A stretch of 64,000 nucleotides of DNA, taken from contig CAWCKH010000001.1 in the NCBI GenBank assembly GCA_963796055.1, positions 1 to 64,000 of the forward strand, in the 5' to 3' direction. The position numbers were made by a program, and so were the translations under genes. Shown in pieces: positions 9,404 through 17,915 of this stretch. Source of the stretch: an uncultured delta proteobacterium (GTDB lineage: Bacteria > Myxococcota > Myxococcia > Myxococcales > Myxococcaceae). The notes under the pieces were generated by a model. The model had not been told where the DNA came from. It was given only the letters and a program-made list of their open reading frames with translations, and ran no database searches. Position 1 is the stretch's first letter. The number at the start of each line of letters is the position of its first letter.

Positions 9404-10723
9404 ATGAAAAAAAACTTCGTCCTCGACACCAACGTCCTGCTGCACGATCCGCGGTCGCTGTTCAGCTTCGACGACAACAACGTCGTCATCCCCATCTACG
9501 TCATCGAGGAGGTCGACAAGTTCAAGCGCGACCAGAGCGAGCTCGGGCGCAACTCGCGCGTGGTGGCCCGCTACCTGGACGCCTTCCGCTCCGAGGGCTC
9601 GCTGGCCGAGGGGGTGCCGCTGCCGGGAGGGGGGCTGCTGAGCGTCGTCTTCACCCACCGGACCATCCCCGCGTCCCTGGGCAATCCGTCCCTGATGGAC
9701 AACCGCATCCTGGCAGTCGCGCTCGACATCAAGGAGCGCGACCCCGAGATGCCGACGATGTTCATCACCAAGGACACGTCGCTCCGGATCCGCGCGGACG
9801 CCATCGGGCTCATCGCCCAGGACTACGACGCGCAGCGGGTGGAGATCTCCGAGCTCTTCACCGGCCACACCGAGCTGTTCGTCTCCCGCGAGGCGGTGGA
9901 CCAGATGTACCGCCCCGGCGCCGAGGTGAGCGTCCCGGGGATGGACGGGCTCTCCCCGAACGAGTTCGTGCTCCTCAAGGACGCGCAGAACCCTTCGCAC
10001 ACCGCGATGGCGCGGATGAACGCTGCCAAGGGCAAGCTGGTCCCGCTGGTGCGCCCGGCGAAGGAAGGGGTCTGGGGCATCCGCGCCCGGAACATGGAGC
10101 AGAGCTACACCCTGGATCTCTTGTTGAACGACGAAATCAAGCTGGTGACCATCGTCGGCAAGGCGGGGACCGGGAAGACGCTGCTGGCCATCGCCTCGGG
10201 GCTGCACAAGACGACCGAGGAGGGGAACTACCAGAAGCTGCTGGTCAGCCGGCCGATCTTTCCGCTCGGCCGGGACATCGGGTACTTGCCGGGCGACGTG
10301 GAGCAGAAGCTGAATCCGTGGATGCAGCCCATCTTCGACAACGTGGAGTTCCTGATGAACCTCAGCCGCGCGGACAAGAAGGCCGGTCGCGGCTACCACG
10401 AGCTGCTCGACCTGGGCATTTTGGAGATCGAGCCGCTGACCTACATCCGCGGCCGGAGCATCCCCAACCAGTTCATCATCGTCGACGAGGCGCAGAACCT
10501 CACCCCCCACGAGGTGAAGACCATCATCACCCGGGTTGGCGACGGGACGAAGATCGTCCTCACCGGCGACCCCTTCCAGATCGACAACCCCTACGTGGAC
10601 GCGACGACCAACGGCCTGGTGCACGTGGTCAACCGCTTCAAGCAGGAGCGCATCGCGGGAACCATCACCATGACCAAGGGCGAGCGGAGCGCGCTCGCCG
10701 AGCTGGCGGCGAATCTGCTGTGA
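9404..10723 (+). CDS. PIN-PhoH (PhoH2-like) RNase/ATPase
   Basis: PIN motif FVLDTNVLLH, Walker A GKAGTGKT, IGYLPG, YIRGRS, DEAQN and GDPFQID. Confidence 0.95.
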   Translation: MKKNFVLDTNVLLHDPRSLFSFDDNNVVIPIYVIEEVDKFKRDQSELGRNSRVVARYLDAFRSEGSLAEGVPLPGGGLLSVVFTHRTIPASLGNPSLMDNRILAVALDIKERDPEMPTMFITKDTSLRIRADAIGLIAQDYDAQRVEISELFTGHTELFVSREAVDQMYRPGAEVSVPGMDGLSPNEFVLLKDAQNPSHTAMARMNAAKGKLVPLVRPAKEGVWGIRARNMEQSYTLDLLLNDEIKLVTIVGKAGTGKTLLAIASGLHKTTEEGNYQKLLVSRPIFPLGRDIGYLPGDVEQKLNPWMQPIFDNVEFLMNLSRADKKAGRGYHELLDLGILEIEPLTYIRGRSIPNQFIIVDEAQNLTPHEVKTIITRVGDGTKIVLTGDPFQIDNPYVDATTNGLVHVVNRFKQERIAGTITMTKGERSALAELAANLL

Positions 10724-11019
10724 GCACCGATGAGGGACAGACCCCGCCGTCCACCGAGCAGCGGCCGCTGATCGAGTACCCCACCACGTACACCTTCAAA
10801 GTGATGGGGAAGCAGGAGCACGGCTTTCGTGAGTACGTCCGGGGGCTGTTCCACCGCATCATGGGTCAGGAGATCTCCCCGGACTCGATGAGCGAGCAGC
10901 CCTCCCGGGGGGAGAGGTACCTGTCGGTCTCGGTCACCGTGGTGCTGCTGAGCGAGGAGCAGCGGCGCCACGTCTACACCGAGCTGCACAAGGAGCGGCG
11001 CATCCTGTACTACCTCTGA
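10720..11019 (+). CDS. DUF493 (YbeD-like) protein
   Basis: GTGA overlap with the PhoH stop; LIEYP..YTFKVMG, S.G.RYLSVSVTV and Y.EL.....ILY.L. Confidence 0.85.
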   Translation: MSTDEGQTPPSTEQRPLIEYPTTYTFKVMGKQEHGFREYVRGLFHRIMGQEISPDSMSEQPSRGERYLSVSVTVVLLSEEQRRHVYTELHKERRILYYL

Positions 11020-11028
11020 CTGTCACCC

Positions 11029-11727
11029 ATGCGCAGCGGCCACCGCCCGAACGAGGAGTTCCAGGGGAGCGACCCGCGGGCCCCGTTCTGCAGGCCCTCG
11101 GTGGTGGCGCGCCTCGTGCGGCGGCTCGAGCTCCCCGACGGGGCCGAGGTGCTGGAGTGGGGGGTGGCACAGGGAAGCACCGCGGCGACCCTGGCGAAGC
11201 TGGGGATGAGCGTGACCCTGGTCGAGCCGGACGAGTCGGCGCTGGACCGGGTGCTCCAGGGGCTTCGGGCGCCGGTGAACGCGGTGAAGGCGGACCGTCC
11301 GCCGTCCGGAATGGCCGGGAAGTTCGCGCTGGTGCTGCTGCACGCACGGGACGCGCTCGGGGCCGAGGTCGCGGCCCGGGCGCGGGAGTTCCTCGCCGCG
11401 GAGGGGAGGGTGGCGTTCGTCCGGCCGGTGAAGGTGCTGCTCCGGCCGCCGCCAGGGCTGGTCGAGCACTGGGAGCGCCACTGGGGCCTGACGCTCCAGA
11501 CGCCGCAGGAGCTGCTGGCCGCCCTGCCTCGGGCAGGCTACGAGCCGGACTTCGCCGAGACGCTGGGCATCGACGAGATGGACGCGCTCTACGGCGCTGC
11601 GCCCGACGGGCTGGCGGAAGAGGCGGCGCTGTACCGGCTGGGGGCGGCGGCGATCAGCTTCGCCCTGGTGACGGGGCGGCGGCGCGAGCCGGACGAGAAG
11701 CCGCGGCCGTCGCGAGATCGGGGCTGA
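11029..11727 (+). CDS. Class I SAM-dependent methyltransferase-like protein
   Basis: L.LPDGAEVLEWGVAQG (degenerate motif I), VTLVE and L..EG.V.F. Confidence 0.6.
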   Translation: MRSGHRPNEEFQGSDPRAPFCRPSVVARLVRRLELPDGAEVLEWGVAQGSTAATLAKLGMSVTLVEPDESALDRVLQGLRAPVNAVKADRPPSGMAGKFALVLLHARDALGAEVAARAREFLAAEGRVAFVRPVKVLLRPPPGLVEHWERHWGLTLQTPQELLAALPRAGYEPDFAETLGIDEMDALYGAAPDGLAEEAALYRLGAAAISFALVTGRRREPDEKPRPSRDRG

Positions 11728-11781
11728 AGGCTGAGCCGCCGCAATCGCTGCGAAGGGGTGACGGTGGGCCCGGCTGGCAGC

Positions 11782-11948
11782 CGTCCCCAAACGATCTCTC
11801 GGTCCGGAGGGGGTGCCGGGCAGCGGTCGGGTCAGGGGGCGAAGTGAGGTCTCGGGGACGTGGAGTGCGATTCGGGGACGCCGAGTTCGATCCCACGTCC
11901 CGGAACTGCCCGGACCCCCCCGCCCAAGGGACAGATCGTTCGGGGACG
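11782..11948. other. Long nested inverted-repeat element (candidate structured ncRNA or REP/MITE-like element)
   Basis: Stems 11782-11800/11930-11948 (17 of 19 paired), 11809-11823/11906-11920 and 11853-11862/11894-11902; CGGGGACG occurs three times. Confidence 0.55.
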
Positions 11949-12164
11949 TGACGTGCAACACCACGTTCCGGAACGCTCGCCTGAACGGGTTTCTCCGCTT
12001 TGTCGCGACTGGGCCCGTCCGGATCTCCGGAGCGCCAGGAGAGCACGCAGGCCGCCCGGGAAAGGCACGGCGCCCCGCTTCGGCCCGCCCGCGTCCTCCA
12101 CGGAGCAGGGGCCCGTCGCTCCTGCGTTCTGGAGCAGCGAGAACGGAGCATCCCCGGCGGCCGT

Positions 12165-13222
12165 TCAGGCGCAGGCCGGCTGCGACCAGTCGACCAGCTC
12201 GACCCGCTTGCTGGACATCCGGAACTCGACCGAGCTCCGCTCGCCCGCCGCATCCCCGCCGATCTGCAGCGGCATCGGCTTCGCGGCCTGCACGCTCACC
12301 GCGACGGCGTGGAAGTCCTGGATGGTCTTCGGGAACCACTCTCCGCGCCACAGCGCCCGGAGGTTCGCCACCGCGGACAGCGGATTGACCGTCCCCAGGC
12401 GCAGGTGGAGGTGCCCCGGCCGTCCCCCGCGAAGGGGAACATCCGCAGCGCGTACCCGTAGAAGGGGATGGTGCTCGCGGCGACCATCATCGCCGGGCCC
12501 TTGTAGAGCAGCGCTCCGGGAGCGAACTCCTCGATGGTGGCCCCGCTGGCCTCGAGCCGGTACGCCGGAACCGTCGCCGCGTTGCGGACCTCCACCTGCT
12601 CCGACAGCCGGTGGGTGAGGGCGTGGGGCAGGGTGCGGAGCCCCACGGTGAGCGCGTAGCCCCGGGAGCCGGTCAGGGCCCAGTGCCCCCAGGTGCCCTG
12701 CACCTTGGCCTTGAGGCCCAGGTAGTCGTTGAGGAGCCTCGCGTCTATCCCGAGCCCAGCGAACTGCGCCCGGCGGCCCTCCACCTTGAGCAGCTCCAGC
12801 GGGCGGTAGCCCGGGATGGCACCCTCACGGGCACGCCGGACATCGTCGACCACGCCGAAGTCCTTGAGTCCCGAGGCCTGGACCAGGGCCGCCAGCCCGT
12901 TGCCGGTGCCCAGCTTCAGCACCCCGAAACGCGGGGCCGAAGCGTGTGCCCGCTCCGCCTCGGAGAGGATCTCGTCGGCGAAGCCGATGAAGGTCCCGTC
13001 CCCGCCCCCGCAGAAGACGGTGTCGTAGCCACGAGACAGGATCACCTGGGCGATGCGCCGCGCGTCCTTGGGGGAGCGCGACAGATAGAGGTCGGAACGT
13101 GGCACCACGTGCGAGAGCGCGCGCAGCACCCGTGGCGTGACCTTCCGGGCGCGCGCGTTCAGGAGCACGGCCACGCGCGGCGTGGACGGGTCGACGGGCT
13201 GCGTCAATGAGGGGACGAGCAT
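12165..13222 (-). pseudogene. Diacylglycerol/lipid kinase family gene with one frameshift (possibly a sequencing error)
   Basis: VLLNARA, GGGDGT, LKLGTGNGLA and C-terminal LQIGGD. One extra base in the C5 run at 12424-12428 joins ORF 12296..13459 to ORF 12165..12371. Confidence 0.8.
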
Positions 13223-13444
13223 CGGGGCGGTCAGGTCAGTCGCTCTCGGGTGGCGCGGTGCGCCAGAACCGTTCAATTCCTCTGCCAGGTTGAGCATGGC
13301 TGGACAGATGTTGCGCCTCTGTAACGATTTCGATAGGTTGCGGCCACGCAATCGGCGGCCTGAGCGGCTGGTGCAAACGCGGGGTGTCAGCTGGGTGCGT
13401 CGGCCGGGTGGCACCTCGGCTCGGGCCCGGCGGCCCGGCTGGGT

Positions 13445-13472
13445 TTGACACACCTGCACCCCTGGTTAGCTT
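13445..13472 (+). promoter_or_regulatory. Putative sigma70 promoter of dnaK
   Basis: TTGACA-N16-TAGCTT; AGGAGG RBS before the GTG at 13548. Confidence 0.5.
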
Positions 13473-13547
13473 CGACCCCATCAGGCCGGGCACGTCCCGG
13501 CGCAGAAGTTACCGGATTTCCAAGCAGTTTCCAGGAGGCATCTCACC

Positions 13548-15461
13548 GTGGCGAAGATCATCGGCATCGACCTGGGGACCACGAACAGCGTGGTGGCCAT
13601 CATGGAGGGCCGCGAACCCAAGGTGCTGACCAACGAGGAGGGGAGCCGCATCACCCCTTCGGTGGTCGCGTTCACCAAGGATGGTGAGCGGCTGGTGGGC
13701 CAGGTCGCAAAGCGCCAGGCCATCACCAACCCCGAGCGCACCATCTACTCCATCAAGCGCTTCATGGGCCGCCGCTACGAGGAGGTCAGCGAGGAGATCA
13801 AGCTGGTCCCCTACAAGGTGGTGAGGGGCCCCAACGGTGACGCACGGGTGGACATCGACGGCAAGCAGTACAGCCCGCCCGAGATCTCCGCTCAGATCCT
13901 GCTCAAGCTGAAGCGCGCCGCGGAGAACTACCTCGGCGAGAAGGTCACCGAGGCGGTGATCACCGTCCCGGCATACTTCAACGACGCCCAGCGGCAGGCC
14001 ACCAAGGACGCCGGCGAGATCGCCGGGCTGAACGTGCGGCGCATCATCAACGAGCCCACCGCCGCGGCGCTGGCCTATGGGCTGGACAAGAAGAAGGACG
14101 AGAAGATCGCCGTCTACGACTTCGGCGGCGGCACCTTCGACATCTCGATCCTCGAGGTGGGGGAGAACGTGGTCGACGTGCTGGCCACCAACGGGGACAC
14201 GCACCTCGGCGGTGACAACATCGACCTGCGGATCATGGACTGGCTGATCACCGAGTTCAAGAAGGACGCGGGCATCGACGTGAGCAAGGACAAGATGGTC
14301 CTGCAGCGTCTGAAGGAAGCCGCGGAGAAGGCCAAGATCGAGCTCTCCAGCACCATGGAGACCGAGATCAACCTCCCGTTCCTCACCGCCGATCAGACCG
14401 GCCCCAAGCATCTCAGCGTCAAGCTCACCCGGGCGAAGTTCGAGTCGATGATCGAGGACTTCATCGAGCGCTCGCTCGAGCCGTGCCGCAAGTGCCTCAA
14501 GGATGCGGGGCTGGAGCCCAAGGACCTGAACGAGGTGGTCCTGGTGGGTGGCAGCACCCGGATTCCGAAGGTGCAGGAGGCGGTGAAGAAGCTGTTCGGC
14601 AAGGAGCCCAACCGCTCGGTCAACCCCGACGAGGTCGTCGCGGTGGGCGCGGCGGTTCAGGGTGGCGTGCTCTCCGGCGAGGTGAAGGACATCCTCCTCC
14701 TGGACGTCACCCCGCTGTCGCTCGGCGTGGAGACCCTGGGCGGGGTGATGACCCGGCTCATCGAGCGGAACACCACCATCCCCACCAAGCGGTCGGAGAC
14801 CTTCTCCACCGCCGCCGACAGCCAGACCCAGGTGGAGATCCACGTGCTGCAGGGTGAGCGCGAGATGGCAACCGACAACCGGTCGCTGGGCAAGTTCCAG
14901 CTCACCGGCATCCCTCCCGCGCCGCGGGGCATGCCGCAGATCGAGGTCACCTTCGACATCGACGCCAACGGCATCCTCAACGTCAGCGCCAAGGACAAGG
15001 CCACCGCCAAGGAGCAGAAGGTCACCATCACCCACTCCTCGGGTCTGTCGAAGAACGAGGTGGAGAAGATGGTCGCCGATGCCCATAGCCACGAGGCCGA
15101 GGACAAGGAGCGGCGCGAGCTCGTCGACCTGAAGAACCGGGCCGAGAACCTCCAGTACCAGATGGAGAAGCTGGTGAAGGAGAACCGGGAGAAGCTCAGC
15201 CCGGACACCATCTCCAGCCTGGAGTCGGCGACCAAGCAGCTCGAGTCGGTGCGATCGGGGAACGACAAGGCCGCCATCGAGAGCGCGATGAGCGCCCTGG
15301 AGCAGGCCAGCCACAAGGCGGCCGAGGAGATGTACCGCGCGGCGGGCGCACAGGGCGCCCAGCCGGGCGCCCCCGGTGCCGCCCCCAGCTCGGACGCCCC
15401 GGGCAGCCAGGCCACCCCGAAGAAGGACGACGTGGTGGACGCGGAGTTCCGCACCAGCTAG
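13548..15461 (+). CDS. dnaK: Molecular chaperone DnaK
   Basis: [47 protein letters not shown] and C-terminal DAEF. Confidence 0.98.
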   Translation: MAKIIGIDLGTTNSVVAIMEGREPKVLTNEEGSRITPSVVAFTKDGERLVGQVAKRQAITNPERTIYSIKRFMGRRYEEVSEEIKLVPYKVVRGPNGDARVDIDGKQYSPPEISAQILLKLKRAAENYLGEKVTEAVITVPAYFNDAQRQATKDAGEIAGLNVRRIINEPTAAALAYGLDKKKDEKIAVYDFGGGTFDISILEVGENVVDVLATNGDTHLGGDNIDLRIMDWLITEFKKDAGIDVSKDKMVLQRLKEAAEKAKIELSSTMETEINLPFLTADQTGPKHLSVKLTRAKFESMIEDFIERSLEPCRKCLKDAGLEPKDLNEVVLVGGSTRIPKVQEAVKKLFGKEPNRSVNPDEVVAVGAAVQGGVLSGEVKDILLLDVTPLSLGVETLGGVMTRLIERNTTIPTKRSETFSTAADSQTQVEIHVLQGEREMATDNRSLGKFQLTGIPPAPRGMPQIEVTFDIDANGILNVSAKDKATAKEQKVTITHSSGLSKNEVEKMVADAHSHEAEDKERRELVDLKNRAENLQYQMEKLVKENREKLSPDTISSLESATKQLESVRSGNDKAAIESAMSALEQASHKAAEEMYRAAGAQGAQPGAPGAAPSSDAPGSQATPKKDDVVDAEFRTS

Positions 15462-15485
15462 GCGAGCGGCCGACGAGGCCACAGT

Positions 15486-15518
15486 GACGGGGCGGGTTCC
15501 AGCGCGGCTCGCCCCGTC
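15486..15518 (+). terminator. GC-rich hairpin after dnaK (weak terminator or mRNA stabiliser)
   Basis: GACGGGGCGGG...CTCGCCCCGTC with only a short T tail. Confidence 0.4.
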
Positions 15519-15606
15519 GTCGTTTGGCAGGATGGGGGGCAATCGTCCCCCGCCGGGCGCGTCCTCTCCCCGGGACGGCGCTAAGGTGGACACGCACCCT
15601 CGCGAC

Positions 15607-17910
15607 ATGAGCGACCTCGCACCGGACGCCCGTGCCTTTCAGGCCTTCCTCGACGCCCAGCGGGCGGCGTTCCTCGAGCGCGAGGCGGTGCTGGAGCAGC
15701 TTGCGCTCGCCCTGCTCGCCCGGGAGCACGTGCTCCTCACCGGCCCGCCCGGCACCGCGAAGAGCGCGCTCGCCCATGCCGTGCTCGGCGGCATCGTGGA
15801 GGACGACGGGGAGGCCTCTCTCTTCACCCGCCAGCTGACCGAGGGGGCGGTGCAGACGGACCTCCTTGGCCCGGTGGACTTCAAGGTGCTCACCGAGACC
15901 GGCCGTACCCGCCACATCCTCGAGGAGGGGATGCTGGGGCACCGCTACGCCTTCCTGGACGAGATCTTCGACGGACGGGACATGCTGCTGCGGGCCGTCC
16001 TGAACGCACTGCACGAGCGCGAGCTGAAGCAGGGGCCGTCGGTGGAGCGCGGCCTGCTCGAGACTGCGGTCCTCACCAGCAACCGCTTCCTCTCCGAGGT
16101 AGTGGCCCGGGTTCCCGAGCTGCTCCTCGCCTTCGCCGACCGGATCGCCTTCCGGGCGTTCGTCCCCTCGAGCTTTGCCCGCGCGGAGAGCCGGCGGGCG
16201 CTGCTCCAGGGCGCGCTCCGGGCCCGCACCCCGACGGTGGAGGTGACGCTCCGGCGCTCGTCTCTCGCCAGGCTCCAGGCGCGGCTCCCCGCGGTGGAGG
16301 TCTCACCCGAGGTGCTGGAGGCCCTGGAGCGGCTGGTGGACGCGCTCCAGCCGGCGCTGGCCGCCGATGCGTCCGGAGAGCCGGCCACCCGGCTCTTCTC
16401 GCAGCGCACGCTGGTTCGCGCGGTCTGGGCTCTCCGGGCGGCGGTGGTACGCGATGCCTGCCGGCGAGACCGGCCGCTGATGGCTACCCCCGATGACCTC
16501 GGCGCGCTGTCGCTCTTCTTCGCCACTGCCGGCCCGGAGGGGGCCGAGCTGGAGGCGGTCATCGCCCATACCTCGGACGCGCGGGAACAGGGCCAGCTAT
16601 CGACGGTGCGCCACGAGCAGCGGAGCTTCGCCGATGCGCTCCGGCGCGCGCTCGCCGAGACCCGGGCCGCCGCGGACGCCGAGGCCCGCGCGCTGGAGCT
16701 CCCCACCCTCACCGCCGAGACCGAGCGGCTCGCCGCGGGCGGTGCTCCGCCGGTGGTGCTGTCCAGGGCGGTGCCGTTGCTCGGCGCGCTGCGCGAACGT
16801 CTATCCCGTCCTCTCCGGGCCGAGCACCGTACCGTGCTTCTGGGCCTCGCCCGCAAGGCGGTCCAGACGCTCGAGCCATTGCTCCGGGGTGAGCTGGACG
16901 AGGCACAGCTCCGGCGGGCGGCTGAGCTTCCACCGCTGCTGGACGCCCCGGAGCTCGCCGCCGAACGGGCGCGGCTGGCGGAGCGGGTGCACCAGGCCGG
17001 TGCCGCCACCCGGGTCCGCTTCCTCGAGGAGGCGCGGGCCTTCGCCGAGACACCCCCGGCGAGCGTCGAGGCGCTGGGTCAGGCGCTGGAGCCCCTCGCC
17101 CGCTGGAGCGCCTCGCTCTCCCCGGACGATGCCGAGGCCACCCGGGCACGCGAGGTGGCGGCGAGGACGGCCTCCGAGGCGTTGCAGCTGCTGCTCACCG
17201 GGGCTGGTGCCGTTCCGGGCGACGCGACGGGTTTCGCCCGGCTCCGGGCGGCGCTGGACCGCGCCGCCGAGCGCATCCACCGGCTGAGGCCTGGGCTGGA
17301 CCTCACGCCAGTGGCGCGGGCGCTGGCGCTGGGGCACGTGGCGGCGCTCGGGACGGGCGAGCCGCTGCTGCCGGCGCTGGAGCGGCTGGAGGCGGCGGAG
17401 CTGCTCTCCGACGAGGTCCGCGCCGCGCTGGCCACGGCAGCCCGGGCCCGCCCTCGCACTTCCCCCTCGGTCCCGGGGGTCGAGGTGGCCGAGGCGCTGT
17501 CGGGGGAGGCGTACCGCCGCTACCGCGCCGGCCTCGACGGCGCCGAGACCGACGCCGCCCGGGTCCTCCGGAAGCTCGGAGAGGACCCGGGAGGTGTGGA
17601 TGCCCTGGAGGACGTCGCCGCGCGGCTGACCTACCTCCGGCGGTGGTACGACGCGCTGCACGCCGCGCTGGCGCCGCACGGGCCTCTCAGCGGCGGTGCC
17701 GAGACCGAGCAGCGGCTTGCCTCGCTCGTCAGTAGCCGCTTCCCGGCCCTGGTGCTCAAGGAGAGCGAGTTCGCCAGGCTCGACGCCGAGCTGCAGACGG
17801 TCGCGACCGGCCCCGCGTCCCGGCGTGCCCAGGACCTTCGCGCCGAGCTGGCCGCGCTCGCCGACGGATTCGGGACCTTCAGCCGTGCGCTGCTGGCCAG
17901 GCGAGCCTGA
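15607..17910 (+). CDS. MoxR/RavA-like AAA+ ATPase with a long helical C-terminal extension
   Basis: LALLAREHVLLTGPPGTAKS, AFLDEIF, LNALHER, TSN and AFADR. Confidence 0.85.
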   Translation: MSDLAPDARAFQAFLDAQRAAFLEREAVLEQLALALLAREHVLLTGPPGTAKSALAHAVLGGIVEDDGEASLFTRQLTEGAVQTDLLGPVDFKVLTETGRTRHILEEGMLGHRYAFLDEIFDGRDMLLRAVLNALHERELKQGPSVERGLLETAVLTSNRFLSEVVARVPELLLAFADRIAFRAFVPSSFARAESRRALLQGALRARTPTVEVTLRRSSLARLQARLPAVEVSPEVLEALERLVDALQPALAADASGEPATRLFSQRTLVRAVWALRAAVVRDACRRDRPLMATPDDLGALSLFFATAGPEGAELEAVIAHTSDAREQGQLSTVRHEQRSFADALRRALAETRAAADAEARALELPTLTAETERLAAGGAPPVVLSRAVPLLGALRERLSRPLRAEHRTVLLGLARKAVQTLEPLLRGELDEAQLRRAAELPPLLDAPELAAERARLAERVHQAGAATRVRFLEEARAFAETPPASVEALGQALEPLARWSASLSPDDAEATRAREVAARTASEALQLLLTGAGAVPGDATGFARLRAALDRAAERIHRLRPGLDLTPVARALALGHVAALGTGEPLLPALERLEAAELLSDEVRAALATAARARPRTSPSVPGVEVAEALSGEAYRRYRAGLDGAETDAARVLRKLGEDPGGVDALEDVAARLTYLRRWYDALHAALAPHGPLSGGAETEQRLASLVSSRFPALVLKESEFARLDAELQTVATGPASRRAQDLRAELAALADGFGTFSRALLARRA

Positions 17911-17915
17911 ACGTC

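Noticed and set aside
11853..11905. tRNA-like GAGTTCGATCC motif within the hairpin element
   Set aside because: There is no T-stem pairing, D-arm or anticodon arm. A 6S RNA call is also unsupported, since the bulge is one-sided and the usual zapA/ygfA context is absent.
13380..13547. CIRCE operator upstream of dnaK
   Set aside because: No TTAGCACTC-N9-GAGTGCTAA match.
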